Below, piece after piece: positions 1 through 13,918 of a stretch of 64,000 bases of DNA (its first letter is position 1; each line of letters begins with the position of its first letter). The translations under genes were made by a program, and so were the position numbers. The notes beneath the pieces were generated by a model that saw only the letters and a list, made by a program, of their open reading frames with translations, was not told where the DNA came from and did no database searches. The stretch comes from Macrostomum lignano. Its lineage: Eukaryota. Location of the stretch: assembly GCA_002269645.1 (NCBI GenBank), contig NIVC01000073.1, forward strand, positions 248,001 through 312,000, written 5' to 3'.

Positions 1-545
1 TGAAGTGTGTGTCTTACTGGTGAAGTGTCTAACTGGTGAAATGTCTAACTGGTGAAGTGTGTGTCTTACTGGTGAAGTGTCTAACTGGTGAAGTGTCTAA
101 CTGGTGAAGTGTGTGTCTTACTGGTGAAGTGTCTAACTGGTGAAGTGTCTAACTGGTGAAGTGTGTCTTACTGGTGAAGTGTCTAACTGGTGAAGTGTCT
201 AACTGGTGAAGTGTGTGTCTTACTGGTGAAGTGTCTAACTGGTGAAGTGTCTAACTGGTGAAGTGTCTAACTGGTGAAGTGTCTAACTGGTGAAGTGTCT
301 AACTGGTGAAGTGTCTAACTGGTAAAGTGTCTAACTGGTGAAGTGTCTAACTGGTGAAGTGTCTAACTGGTGAGTGTCTAACTGTGAACTGGTCTAACTG
401 TTGATGTCTAACTGTTGATGGGTCTAACTGTTGATGGGTCTAACTGTTGAAGTGAACAACTGCTGAAGTGACCAACTGGTGAGGTGACCAACAGGTGAAG
501 TGACCAACTGCTGAAGTGACCAACTGCTGAAGTGGCCAACTGTTG
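1..545. repeat. Minisatellite, 16-bp unit TGAAGTGTCTAACTGG, degenerating rightwards
   Basis: Tandem copies read directly from base 1; the unit drifts to TGAAGTGACCAACTGC near 480-545. Confidence 0.95.
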
Positions 546-629
546 AAGTGAGCAACTGTTTTACTGACCAACAGGTAACGATGGCAAAATGTTCATCTCC
601 CAAAGACAGTTAAAATATCACTATTTGTT

Positions 630-1109
630 TCCCAGTTACCAACCTTCGGATTCGGATTCGGCTGTTGCACCTGCGGCAGTTGGTTTTGAAATCCTTCTGA
701 TCGATAGACTCGAAGACGTTGTTGCTGCGTTAGTTGCTGCTGCCGGCTTGGCAGTATCAAGCAAGCGCGTAGATCTTTCTGTTTGGCTTTTCTCCTCGAA
801 GAAATATGAAAAAATATTTGCATCTTATTTGCATTTATTTATGTTATTATACTATTGCAAAGTGTAGCTAGTTTGCTGCTTACCTGTCTCCGGTCAGTGC
901 CAGGTGTGGAAGTGTCGCGGGAAATTTCCCTCTCACTTGAAACTGTTTTTGGGGCTGCTGAGACTGGTTGAGCACGAGTTGCCGAGGAAACAGTGTCTTG
1001 ATTGGCGGTTTTGTGGTTGGAATCTGCTATGTGAGTAGAATGCTAGGCTTACAGGCGATTGTATAAGTGCTGAGGCAATATGGTTGCCTGTTGCCTCAGC
1101 TTTGTTTGT

Positions 1110-1144
<35 letters not shown>

Positions 1145-4100
1145 TAGTTATAATAAAAGACAAAATTTACCAGCATCGCGAGACGAGGCTCGGTTGGAAG
1201 TCAGCGACTGAAATGGAAGCAAATTATTTGAGCAATTAACTTAAAATAGCATCAAACTGAGTGACAAGGCCACGATTATGAAAAAAATAGCCGCATAAAC
1301 AGCCTTCTTTGACAATTTCTGACAGATTTTGATCTGCTGGTTGCTCTACAATAATTTTGAGAGCATCTCAGGGCTTCGGGGTCAATGCAGGTGCTCTGAG
1401 CAAAGGTTTTTTGTAGGTTCAACATGCAAAGCTGCATGCTTTCATTCTCGGGCTGGACTTACTCGCCAAAAGAACAATTGGCAAATAGGCGTTTTAACAG
1501 AGGAAAGCCACAATAGAGTAGCCATCTGATGGCCCCACCCTTGCACAGCCATCTGACCGCCTCTCCCGCTCTCTGCCTCTGTCTTCAGCTGCGTGCAGAT
1601 GCATACTGATACAATATCACCTCACTGTCCTTTTCGAGCCACAGCGTTTTGAATCTTGATTATTTTTCATATTATTCTAGAAGTTGTTTACCTTTTTTCA
1701 AGAGAGTGTGTGCTACGTGACTAAAATTACTGTTGTCATAAGACTTATCCGAGTAAGACTACTCATCCGAAATCTATTTGCCACTCGATGTGGGCGGTCT
1801 CTGGGGCCTTTAGTTGAAAATTCAAACCCGAAATAGAATATCAGTTTTATTGCTTACCGCTGCCTTCACCTCGGGCTTTACTGCTCGACTGTCTGAAGTC
1901 CCGGCAGCGACTTTCGCTGTGGCCTCTTCAGTTTTGGTTGACTTCTGCTGCCAAGATGTCATGGCGGGGAGGTTTGTACTTTTATGTACCTGGATTACCT
2001 GTTGATTCCTTGGTAGGAAATCTCTGATTCCATATCCCTGATCCCATTATCTTAGATCCCCGATTCTTGATCCCATTATCGTAGATCCCCGATTCTTGAT
2101 CCCAATATTGTAGATCCCCGATTCCACGATTTTTTATCCCATTATCTTACATCCCCGATTCTTGATCCCATTATTTTAGATCCCTGATTCTTGATCCCAT
2201 TCCCAGATTTTTGATCCCATTCCCTGATTTTTGATCCCATTCCCTGATTCTTGATCCCATTCCCTGATTCTTGATCCCATTCCCTGATTCTTGATCCCAT
2301 TCCCTGATTCTTGATCCCATTCCCTGATTCTTGATCCCATTCCCTGATTCTTGATCCCATTCCCTGATTCTTGATCCCATTCCCTGATTCTTGATCCCAT
2401 TCCCTGATTCTTGATCCCATTCCCTGATTCTTGATCCCATTATCTTTTATCGCAGATTCTTGATTCCATAATCTTAGATGCCTGATTCTTGATCCCATTC
2501 CCCGATTCCTGATCCCATTCCCTGATTCTTGATCCCATTATCTTTTATCGCAGATTCTTGATTCCATAATCTTAGATGCCTGATTCTTGATCCCATTCCC
2601 CGATTCCTGATTCCATTCCCCGATTCTTGATCCCATTCTCTGATTCTTGATCCCATTCCCTGATTCTTGATCCCATTCCCTGATTCTTGATCCCATTCCT
2701 GATTCTTGATCCCATTCCCTGATTCTTGATCCCATTCCCTGATTCTTGATCCCATTCCCTGATTCTTGATCCCATTCCCTGATTCTTGATCCCATTCCCT
2801 GATTCTTGATCCCATTCCCTGATTCTTGATCCCATTCCCTGATTCTTGATCCCATTCCCTGATTCTTGATCCCATTCCCTGATTCTTGATCCCATTCCCT
2901 GATTCTTGATCCCATTATCTTTTATCGCAGATTCTTGATTCCATAATCTTAGATGCCTGATTCTTGATCCCATTCCCCGATTCCTGATTCCATTCCCCGA
3001 TTCTTTATCCCATTCTCTGATTCTTGATCCCATTCCCCGATTCTTGATCCCATTCCCCGATTCTTGATCCCATTCTCTGATTCTTGATCCCATTCCCCGA
3101 TTCTTGATCCCATTCCCCGATTCTTGATCCCATTATCTTAGATCCCTGATTCTTAATAGATGCCTGATTCTTGATCCCAATATTTTAAATCCCGGGGTCT
3201 TGATCCTATTATCTTTTATCCCAGATTCTAAAATCCCAAATCTCAGATCCCAGACTCTAAAATCCTAAATGTCAGATCCCAAACAATCAAAAATCATCTA
3301 TCTCTAATTCCAAATTTCTCAATAAACTCTGAGAATGCACTCGAGGATTTTGCAAAAAACCGCAAACTCACCGCAGCCCCATTGTTGGCTCCAGTGCCGC
3401 CCCTTGCCGCAAGCAGGCGAAGCACCTCCCCTTGTTCTGCTTGTTGTCTCGCAGCGCTTTTCTCACGCGCCGCCGCTCGTCAAAAGTGGCAGCCTCTTTG
3501 AGCTGCAGATTGACAGGTTGGCAAGCAAGAATGACGGTTGGGTTGGGCAAATTCAGACGTCAAGGAGGCGCCAATTGAGGTGTCAGGGAGGCGCCAATTG
3601 AGGTGTCAGGGAGGCGCCAATTGAGGTGTCAGGGAGGCGCTAATTGAGGTGTTAGGGAGGCGCCAATTGAGGTGTCAGGGAGGCGCCAATTTAGGTGTCA
3701 GGGAGGCGCCAATTTAGGTGTCAGGGAGGCGCTAAGTTAAGGTGTCAGGGAGGCGCCAATTTAGGTGTAAGGGAGGCGCTAATTGAGGTGTTAGGGAGGC
3801 GCCAATTGAGGTGTCAGGGAGGCGCCAATTGAGGTGTCAGGGAGGCGCCAATTTAGGTGTCAGGGAGGCGCTAAGTTAAGGTGTCAGGGAGGCGCCAATT
3901 TAGGTGTAAGGGAGGCGCTAATTGAGGTGTTAGGGAGGCGCCAATTGAGGTGTCAGGGAGGCGCCAATTGAGGTGTCAGGGAGGCGCCAATTTAGGTGTC
4001 AGGGAGGCGCCAATTTAGGTGTCAGGGAGGCGCCAATTTAAGGTGTCATCGAGGCGCCAATTGAGGTGTCAGGGAGGCGCCAATTTAGGTATTAGGGAGG

Positions 4101-5443
4101 CGCCAATTGAGGTGTCAGGGAGGCGCTAATTGAGGTGTCAGGGAGGCGCCAATTGAGGTGTCAGAGAGGCGTCAATTTAGGTGTCATCGAGGCGCAAATT
4201 GACATGTCAAGGGACGCCAATTTAGGGGTCAGTGGGCGCAGAATGAATCACTTATATAAATCATTAAAGCATCCTACACAACATATCGGCAATAGCTACT
4301 CACCGCTGTCTGCAGCTGACTATCTTCCTCATCGAAAGCGGTCTCAGCCTCGGCCACAGTGGAGAATTTTTCCAGTGCACCTTGAATCGAATTGAAGGCC
4401 AGGCTATCCAGAAGCGAGTCCACAGAACTGGCCTTCTCCGCCGAGTTTTCTTTCGAATTCGGCTCACTTGCAGTCTTTGTTGCCGCGGAGGAGGCGGCCG
4501 ATGCTGCGGGTCTACTGGCCGATCGGAGAGCGGATGATGGGGCGGTTGCCGGGGCGGTTGCCGGGGCGGTTTTGGGGGCTGGTGCGGGGGCGGTTGCCGG
4601 GGCGGTTTTGGGGGCTGGTGCGGGGGTGGTTGCCAGGCCGGATGCGGGGGCGGATGCGGGGGCGGATGCGGGCGGCGGATGCGGGGGCGGATGCGGGGGC
4701 GGATGCGGGGGCGGATGCATCAGCAAGTGGCTGTTGCTTTCCAGCATCCGGTGCAGACGTCGAAGAGGGTTCAATTTTTTTAACCGGTGCAGCAGCGGAC
4801 TTGGAAGAGTTGTTTTGCTGCTGCTGCTGCTGCTGACTGGATGGCCCGTCCAGACGAGAGGAGGTCAGCGAACTCCTGTGAACATTATCAAAGGATTCTC
4901 TGGACTTTTATTTGTTTCTGTTGTATTCCTGCATCCTCTTTATTATTTCGTTAATGGCGGTCTCGCTGTCTCTGTATCCCCCAGTGCATCTGTTTCTATA
5001 TTTCTATCTTCTTTTTCTTTCTACATTGCTCCCTGCATTCCTCCTACATTTCTCCCTGGATTCATCCCTGCATTCCTCCCTGCATTCCTCCCTGCATTCC
5101 TCCCTAAATTCCTCCCTACATTGCTCTCTGCTTTCTACCCTACATTCCTCCCTTCAAATCCGAACCTCTGCTGCCGCTGCCTCATCCGCTCGATGGACTC
5201 CCTGAGCTGCGAGACTTCGTCTGTGGCGTCCCCGTTGCTGTCGCCGCTGCCGCCGCCACCGGCTCCAGCATAGCCGTCGCCGCGGCCTCTCAAACCGATT
5301 CCGTCAGACAGGTGGTCCGCCACTGTCGCCGAGGCCATCACCGGGGAGGTCGGGGAGCGCAGGAACGATCGGTCGCGACTGGTCATGCGTCGGATTCGGT
5401 CCAGGTGGATGGGCGGCGGGGATCGGACAAATCCCTCGTCTGC
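630..5443 (-). CDS. Smoothelin-domain-containing, low-complexity (Ala/Pro/Ser/Thr-rich) protein; multi-exon, partial, continues off the left end
   Basis: Putative GT-AG exons at about 5443-5168, 4875-4304, 3502-3372, 1989-1858, 1026-884 and about 790-630. The phase-0 join 4304/3502 gives [12 protein letters not shown]|[19 protein letters not shown], which resembles the smoothelin motif (DEExLxxxLxxxxxYEERRxIRxALR). Single-base insertions near 4673 and within 3400-3432 break the frame. Exon chain not fully resolved. Confidence 0.5.
2025..3290. repeat. Intronic minisatellite, 20-bp unit GATTCTTGATCCCATTCCCT
   Basis: Period 20 read directly (e.g. 2281-2420); source of the [20 protein letters not shown] artefact ORFs. 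Confidence 0.95.
3565..4225. repeat. Intronic minisatellite, 23-bp unit GGCGCCAATTGAGGTGTCAGGGA
   Basis: GGCGCC recurs at 3567, 3590 and onward (period 23). Confidence 0.95.
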
Positions 5444-5519
5444 CTGCGCGGGATTTTGAGAGATTTGGGGCGGATGTGGCGTCTTCCGTGTGTTGTGTCC
5501 GTCTGTATGTGGCGTTTCT

Positions 5520-6603
<1,084 letters not shown>

Positions 6604-7299
6604 AACATAGATACAATTTAAATGAGCAAAATAAACCGCATCAGCATTCGCTACAACTCACTGGCTGTCACAATAGGTGCGTGTTAAATCCTCTGACGTC
6701 ACACTTGAAAATCTCTTATACAATATGTTAAATAAAACGAACTTGGTTTTTTTTCAAATTCAACTGTTTCACTTTTGTTTTAATACACGAAAGATTATAG
6801 CCTTAGTCATTAACTCCGCCTTGCAGTCGCTGTTTTATGTTGAGCATTTTACTCAGTGGGGGTGGGTAGGTCGGGTCCCACCTTAACCATCCATCTCTCA
6901 GCTCCACTTGCTTAGATGGCAGGTAGAGATTAAAGCAGGTAGCCAGCTCTGCAGTGTGTCAGTGCGGTTGAAAAATGACAGGCGAAAGAAGATGCACACA
7001 GTTTTCACACACGCACGCGCAGGGTGAAATGGAATCGAGCAGTTGCTTTGAGCAAGCAGAACAAAGTGAACAGGCTGCAGCACATTGTGCGCTGGTTCTG
7101 GGGCAGGCTGGCAAAATGCTGAGTCGGGAAGGAAAGTACTTGTACTGTCTAATTGTGCGCTTCCACAGTCGGGTAGACCGCCAGCAGCTAACCAAGAGTA
7201 TCGTTGGTACAGAGAAAGGAGATCTAGAATCTAGAAATTGGTATGACAAGTTTCCAATGATTTATGGCTGCTATGGTTGATTTAGAGTTGCCAGTTTTT

Positions 7300-8185
7300 A
7301 TGTTGTCAGGGTTGGCGCCAATTTTTGTGTCAAGGTTGGCGCCAATTTTAGTGTCAGGGTTGGCGCCAATTTAAGTGTCAAGGTTGGCGCCAATTTTAGT
7401 ATCAGGGTTGGCGCCGATTTAAGTGTCAAGGTTGGCGCCAATTTTATTGTCAGGGTTGGCGCCAATGTTATTGTCAGGTTTGGCGCCAATTTTTGTGTCA
7501 AGGTTGGCGCCAATTTTAGTGTCAGGCTTCGCGCAAAGTTTAGTGTCAGAGTTAAAGTCAAGTTTAGTGTCTGGGTTGGTGCCTAGTTTAGTGTCAGGGT
7601 TGGCGCCAAATTAAGTTTCAGGGTTAGCGCCAATTTAAGTGTCAGGGTTGGCGCCAATTTAAGTGTCAGGGTTGGCGCCAAGTTTAGTGTCAGGGTTGGT
7701 GCCAATTTTAGTGTCATGGTTGGCGCCAAATTAAGTGTCAGGATTAGCGCCAATTTAAGTGTCAGGGTTGGCGCCGATTTTTGTGTCAGGGTTAGCGCCA
7801 ATTTTATTGTCAGGGTTGGCTCCAAGTTTAGTGTTAGGGTTGGCGCCGATTTTAGTGTCAGGGTTGGCGCCAATTTAAGTGTCACGGTTGGCGCCAATTT
7901 TAGTGCCAGGGTTGGCGCCAATTTCTGTGTCAAGGTTGGTGCCAATTTTATTGTCAGGGTTGGCTCCAATTTTAGTGTCAGGGTTGGCGCCGATTTAAGT
8001 GTCATGATTGCCGCCGATTTTAGTGTCAAGGTTGGTGCCAATTTTAGTGTCAGAGTTGGCGCCAGGTTTAGTGTCAGGATTGGTGCTAATTTTAATGTCT
8101 AGGTTGGCGCCAATTTTAGTGTCAGGGTTTGGCGCCAATTTTAGTGTCAGAGTTGGCGCCAGGTTTAGTGTCAGGGTTGGCGCCG
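7300..8185. repeat. Minisatellite, 24-bp unit GGCGCCAATTTTAGTGTCAGGGTT
   Basis: Period 24; the artefact ORFs show an 8-residue LAPTLTLK repeat. Confidence 0.95.
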
Positions 8186-8869
8186 AGAGGCCGCCAAGAC
8201 TCAGATTTGCTTCACCACAGAAATTAGTTTAGATTCTATCATTCGATCGCCTTGGTTTCAGAATAGCAGAGCAAGAGTTTCAGCAGGCGGACTGCTTTGC
8301 TGAGAATGAAAGCAGATTGAGACAGATGCAGAGCGACAGACCCAGGAGGCAGAGGGGTTTGCACAGCAGTTTTTATTTGCTATTAAAAGTAACCTGACGC
8401 TGATGATGAAGATGATAAAAGAACAAAGCAGCATCCAGCTGTTCTATCATTCCATCTTTCTCTGCCGGGCCTCATTGAGACACCGAGGCGCTCTTAAGTG
8501 GTCGGTGGGCTACTGCAGACTCCTGTCCTTACCCGGTGTGGGAACTCAGCATCTGGATCCAGCCGAACCACTAAGCCATTCAAATATAATAAATTGTTAT
8601 AAGAGCTTAGATAGGCAATTATCTTCTGTTAATTATATAAGAGATATAAAATAGTTAAGACAGTTATTGAGCCAGCTTGCCGCCACAGGCTTGAGACCAG
8701 CTCCGTTGAGCACTTTTTTTGCTCAGTGGAAGTAGTGCCTTGCTGAGACGTGTACTTTTAAATCATCTGCGTTAGCAAGGGGATCACGGGGGTCGCGATC
8801 TCAATAGAAAGAAAAAGAGATGCTCAGGTATCTTAACTCATTCCACTAACTAACAAAGTCAGACCCATC

Positions 8870-9150
8870 AGAACGATGTGACCCCTCATACCGGCTTGAC
8901 CCCTTACCCTTAAAACGACGTGACTCCCTCAGACCGACATGACCCCCTCAGAACGACGGGACCCCTCAGACCGGCTTGACCCCTTACCCTTAAAACGACG
9001 TGACTCCCTCAGACCGACATGACCCCCTCAGAACGACGGGACCCCTCAGACCGGCTTGACCCCTTACCCTTAAAACGATGTGACCCCCTCAGATCGGCTT
9101 GACCCCCTACCCTTAAAACGACGTGACCCCCTTAGAACGACTTGACCCCT
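8870..9150. repeat. Short tandem array, about 80-bp composite unit
   Basis: ACCCCTCAKACCGGCTTGAC at 8881, 8961 and 9041. Confidence 0.85.
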
Positions 9151-9689
9151 AGGAAAAATCTAGAGAAATGCCCTAATTTTTTGGTCAAGAGTCTTTAGAG
9201 TCTTTTATATATTTTTTCTAAGATAAACTTTGCAATCGATAACCTAACTTATCTACTAGAAAGTAGAGTAGTAGTAAAAAAAGATTTTTTCGCTTTACTC
9301 CAGAAAGCGAATGAAATTGCGCTAAAAATGGCTGGATAGAAAAAGTAGAAAAGTTGCCAGCAGAAAGTCTGCGAGTTCGTATAAATAATCAAATATGCTG
9401 GCTTCCCCAATGCGTTACAATCTCTCGAGCTAAAATTTTTATTCTGCTAAATAAGAAGCTATGTACAGTCACTGCAATTTTTGCTGCATTTCTACATGGA
9501 CGACAATTTTTGTGCGAAAAAACATTGAGCCAACTGTTTTCATTGATTGATTGATTTTGTTCGCAGCTGGAAAGCTTTGTTTCAATTTGAAAACGTATTA
9601 TATTTAAATGACTGAAATTACGGTAGAAAATGAGTTGAATATGACGGCTGGAGTTAATCAGAAATTGGTTGTTGCTCAACCATTCTGCT

Positions 9690-10265
9690 CTTTCCATCTC
9701 TCTCCACCTCTGTCTACCTCTCTCCACCTCTGTCTACCTCTCTCCACCTCTGTCTACCTCTCTCCACCTCTGTCTACCTCTCTCCACCTCTGTCTACCTC
9801 TCTCCACCTCTGTCTACCTCTCTCCACCTCTGCCTACCTCTCTCCACCTCTGCCTACCTCTCTCCACCTCTGTCTACCTCTCTCCACCTCTTCCTACCTC
9901 TCTCCACCTCTGTCTACCTCTCTCCACCTCTGTCTACCTCTCTCTACCTCTGTCTACCTCTCTCTACCTCTGTCTACCTCTCTCCACCTCTGTCTACCTC
10001 TCTCCACCTCTGCCTACCTCTCTCCACCTCTGCCTACCTCTCTCCACCTCTATCTACCTCTCTCCACCTCTGTCTACCTCTCTCCACCTCTGTCTACCTC
10101 TCTCCACCTCTGTCTACCTCTCTCTACCTCTCTCTACCTCTCTCTACCTCTCTCCACCTCTGCCTACCTCTCTCCACCTCTGCCTACCTCTCTCCACCTC
10201 TGTCTACCTCTCCACTTCTGTCTATCTCTGTCCACCTCTCTCTAAATACCCCTGTCTACCTCTGA
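9690..10265. repeat. Pyrimidine-rich minisatellite, 20-bp unit CTCTCCACCTCTGTCTACCT
   Basis: Direct reading, period 20. Confidence 0.95.
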
Positions 10266-10377
10266 CCTGACCTTGTTTGCACTAAATTTCATTCCTCAGC
10301 ACATCTGCCCACCTACTTTTTGTCGCAACATCTCACTTCACCCCAAAAAGCAGCAACACTGGAACCATGAGACTCAC

Positions 10378-10709
10378 ATGCAGATAATTCAAAGGCCCAC
10401 TGCTGCTGCAAGGGTCATCTGGTGGCTGATCAGCCTCGGTGAGCGGAGTTGCAGCCACAGACGAGAGTCCGAGCCGGAGCGCTGAGCTCTCCAAGCCTGC
10501 CAGTTGCCGATTGTTGAACGACGTGAAAACCGGCCGTCGGGAATAGTCGATGAGGCTGGACACTGCCCGACGAACTGCCGGGGTCTTCGATGCTGACGAG
10601 CTGCTGTTGCTGCTGTTGCTCCCAGCCTGAGGCGAGCCGCGACGCCACTGGGGCGGTTGGTCAGCGCTTGCGTCAGTCTCGGAGCGAAGCAGAGGTCGGT
10701 GTTGATTCC
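10378..10709 (-). CDS. Probable isolated coding exon (Ser/Ala/Pro-rich), possibly part of the smoothelin-like gene
   Basis: GC-rich open frame NQHRPLLRSETDASADQPP...GPLNYLH bounded by acceptor ctactacag and donor gtgagt on the minus strand. No family motif; linkage to the other exons is unproven. Confidence 0.4.
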
Positions 10710-10710
10710 T

Positions 10711-11415
<705 letters not shown>

Positions 11416-11419
11416 CGTA

Positions 11420-11875
11420 TCAGCCATATTACCTATGTTACAGCCATAGATATCCTACAGCATGTACAGCCATAGATATCCTACAGAATGTACAGCCATA
11501 GATATTCTACAGAATGTACAGCCATAGATATCCTACAGCATGTACAGCCATAGATATCCTACAGAATGTACAGCCATAGATTTCCTACAGAATGTACAGC
11601 CATAGATATCCTACAGAATGTACAGCCATAGATATCCTACAGAATGTACAGCCATAGATATCCTACAGAATGTACAGCCATAGATATCCTACAGAATGTA
11701 CAGCCATAGATATCCTACAGAATGTACAGCCATAGATATCCTACAGAATGTACAGCCATAGATATCCTACAGAATGTACAGCCATAGATATCCTACAGAA
11801 TGTACAGCCATAGATATCCTACAGAATGTAAGCCATAGATATCCTACAGAATGTACATAGTACAGCCATAGATTA
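11420..11875. repeat. Minisatellite, 26-bp unit TACAGCCATAGATATCCTACAGAATG
   Basis: Period 26 (e.g. 11647, 11673). Confidence 0.95.
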
Positions 11876-12804
11876 CAGGCTCATATGTCAATATTTCATA
11901 GATGTAATCCTAATTTAGCTACCTTGTAATTTGAGACTGTTGCTGCTGCTGCGACTGCGGCTGAGATGAAGCACTTTCACCGGATGCAGGATTGCCTTTT
12001 AAATAAGCAAAAATGTCCATGACAAAGATTTGATGCTGCTATTTTTTGGATTAGCTAGAAAATCATAATTCCTATGGCTCAATGCCCCCGGACTGCATTG
12101 GCACACTATCTGAAGCTCAACTTATCAAGGTTGGCACCTGGCTTTGCAGCGCTTTACACTTCATTTCTCTATCATCAATTAGACCAGTCCGTGCGTTTTT
12201 TTGCTGCCAGCCAGTTTGCGTACTCGCCCTGGTATTTTCTCTGCGCTCAGCCACCTGACGCACCTTCGCCTTCTCGCCTCTGTTCTCTCCTCTCTGCCCG
12301 ACCTGAGCCTCTCTGTCAGTCCGTTTTCAATCTCTCAACCTTGCTCGCTATTCATCAGAATCTAGCAAGTGCTCACTCGCTTGGCACGGTCTAACCCTCC
12401 CGCTGCTCACTGAGTTTAGGTCAGTTTTTCACTCGGTGTTTGTTTAAGATAAAGATTCTGGTCTTAATGCCTTGTAGCGGAGTTGTGAATTTTTCCTCGT
12501 GGCGATCGGGATGCGCACTTGCCCATCATTGCAAGCAGTATGATATTTAGTTTTCTTTAGTGTAGTTCAATAAGATTTAATAGAAGACTTGGCAATTTTC
12601 TTTGAATGTGCTTAGCTTTTACTTGAATATTCCTTTCTGAATTAAAATATAACAGTGTCTGATGCTAGATGTATTACTCACTCTTAGTAGACTGCATAGG
12701 CTTTAAATGCGTATTATGAAATTATGAAATTATGAAATTATGAAGTATGAAATTAAAAACTCCGACTGATAAATGATCCTATCTGTGACATGTTTCAGAC
12801 AAAG

Positions 12805-13445
<641 letters not shown>

Positions 13446-13918
13446 GTACTATCGCATCTCTCTCACGATCTCGCCCAAAACAGCCAGTCGGACTGAGTGA
13501 GCACAGCTGAAAACCAAGAAGTGAGGGCGCATCGGAAACGAGCAGGCACGGCAGTGGGCTGGTCAAACAGGAACAGACAGGCAAGGCGATGACAAGAACA
13601 AACGCAGCGAGTCCATCCCTCGCACAGCGCGGTCATCAAATGCTAATAAAAAACACACAACTGCGCTAGCATTTTCCGCAGCGGTAAACAGAGTCGGCAC
13701 GCGCTCGCCTCATCAATGTACATTGCTGGATGTACATTGCAGCCTCAACTGAAACACGCGCTCCTCAGCAAAGCATTATTAATAGTGTCTCTGCTTGGTT
13801 GTGTGTTGTAAAGAAACTTACTTGGCATGAGTGCCACAAGCATCTCTATTTACTTTGGCTAGCTAAGTTGTTGCTTTATAAAAGACTGAGGTATCATCGC
13901 CTGTGATACTTAGTGATT

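Noticed and set aside
4392-5273. 293-aa plus-strand ORF
   Set aside because: It is the antisense shadow of the GC-rich minus-strand exons and an intronic repeat; no motif.
6898-7280. Overlapping Cys-rich ORFs on both strands
   Set aside because: No recognisable domain or convincing splice context; left uncalled.
12074-12394. 106-aa ORF, possible LINE remnant
   Set aside because: No diagnostic RT or endonuclease motif could be recognised.
13716-13807. Alternative signal-peptide-like first exon for the Delta-like gene (MYIAGCTLQPQLKHALLSKALLIVSLLG)
   Set aside because: Only weak donors are available; the 13919-13993 exon has a consensus gtaagt donor and a phase-compatible acceptor at 15035.
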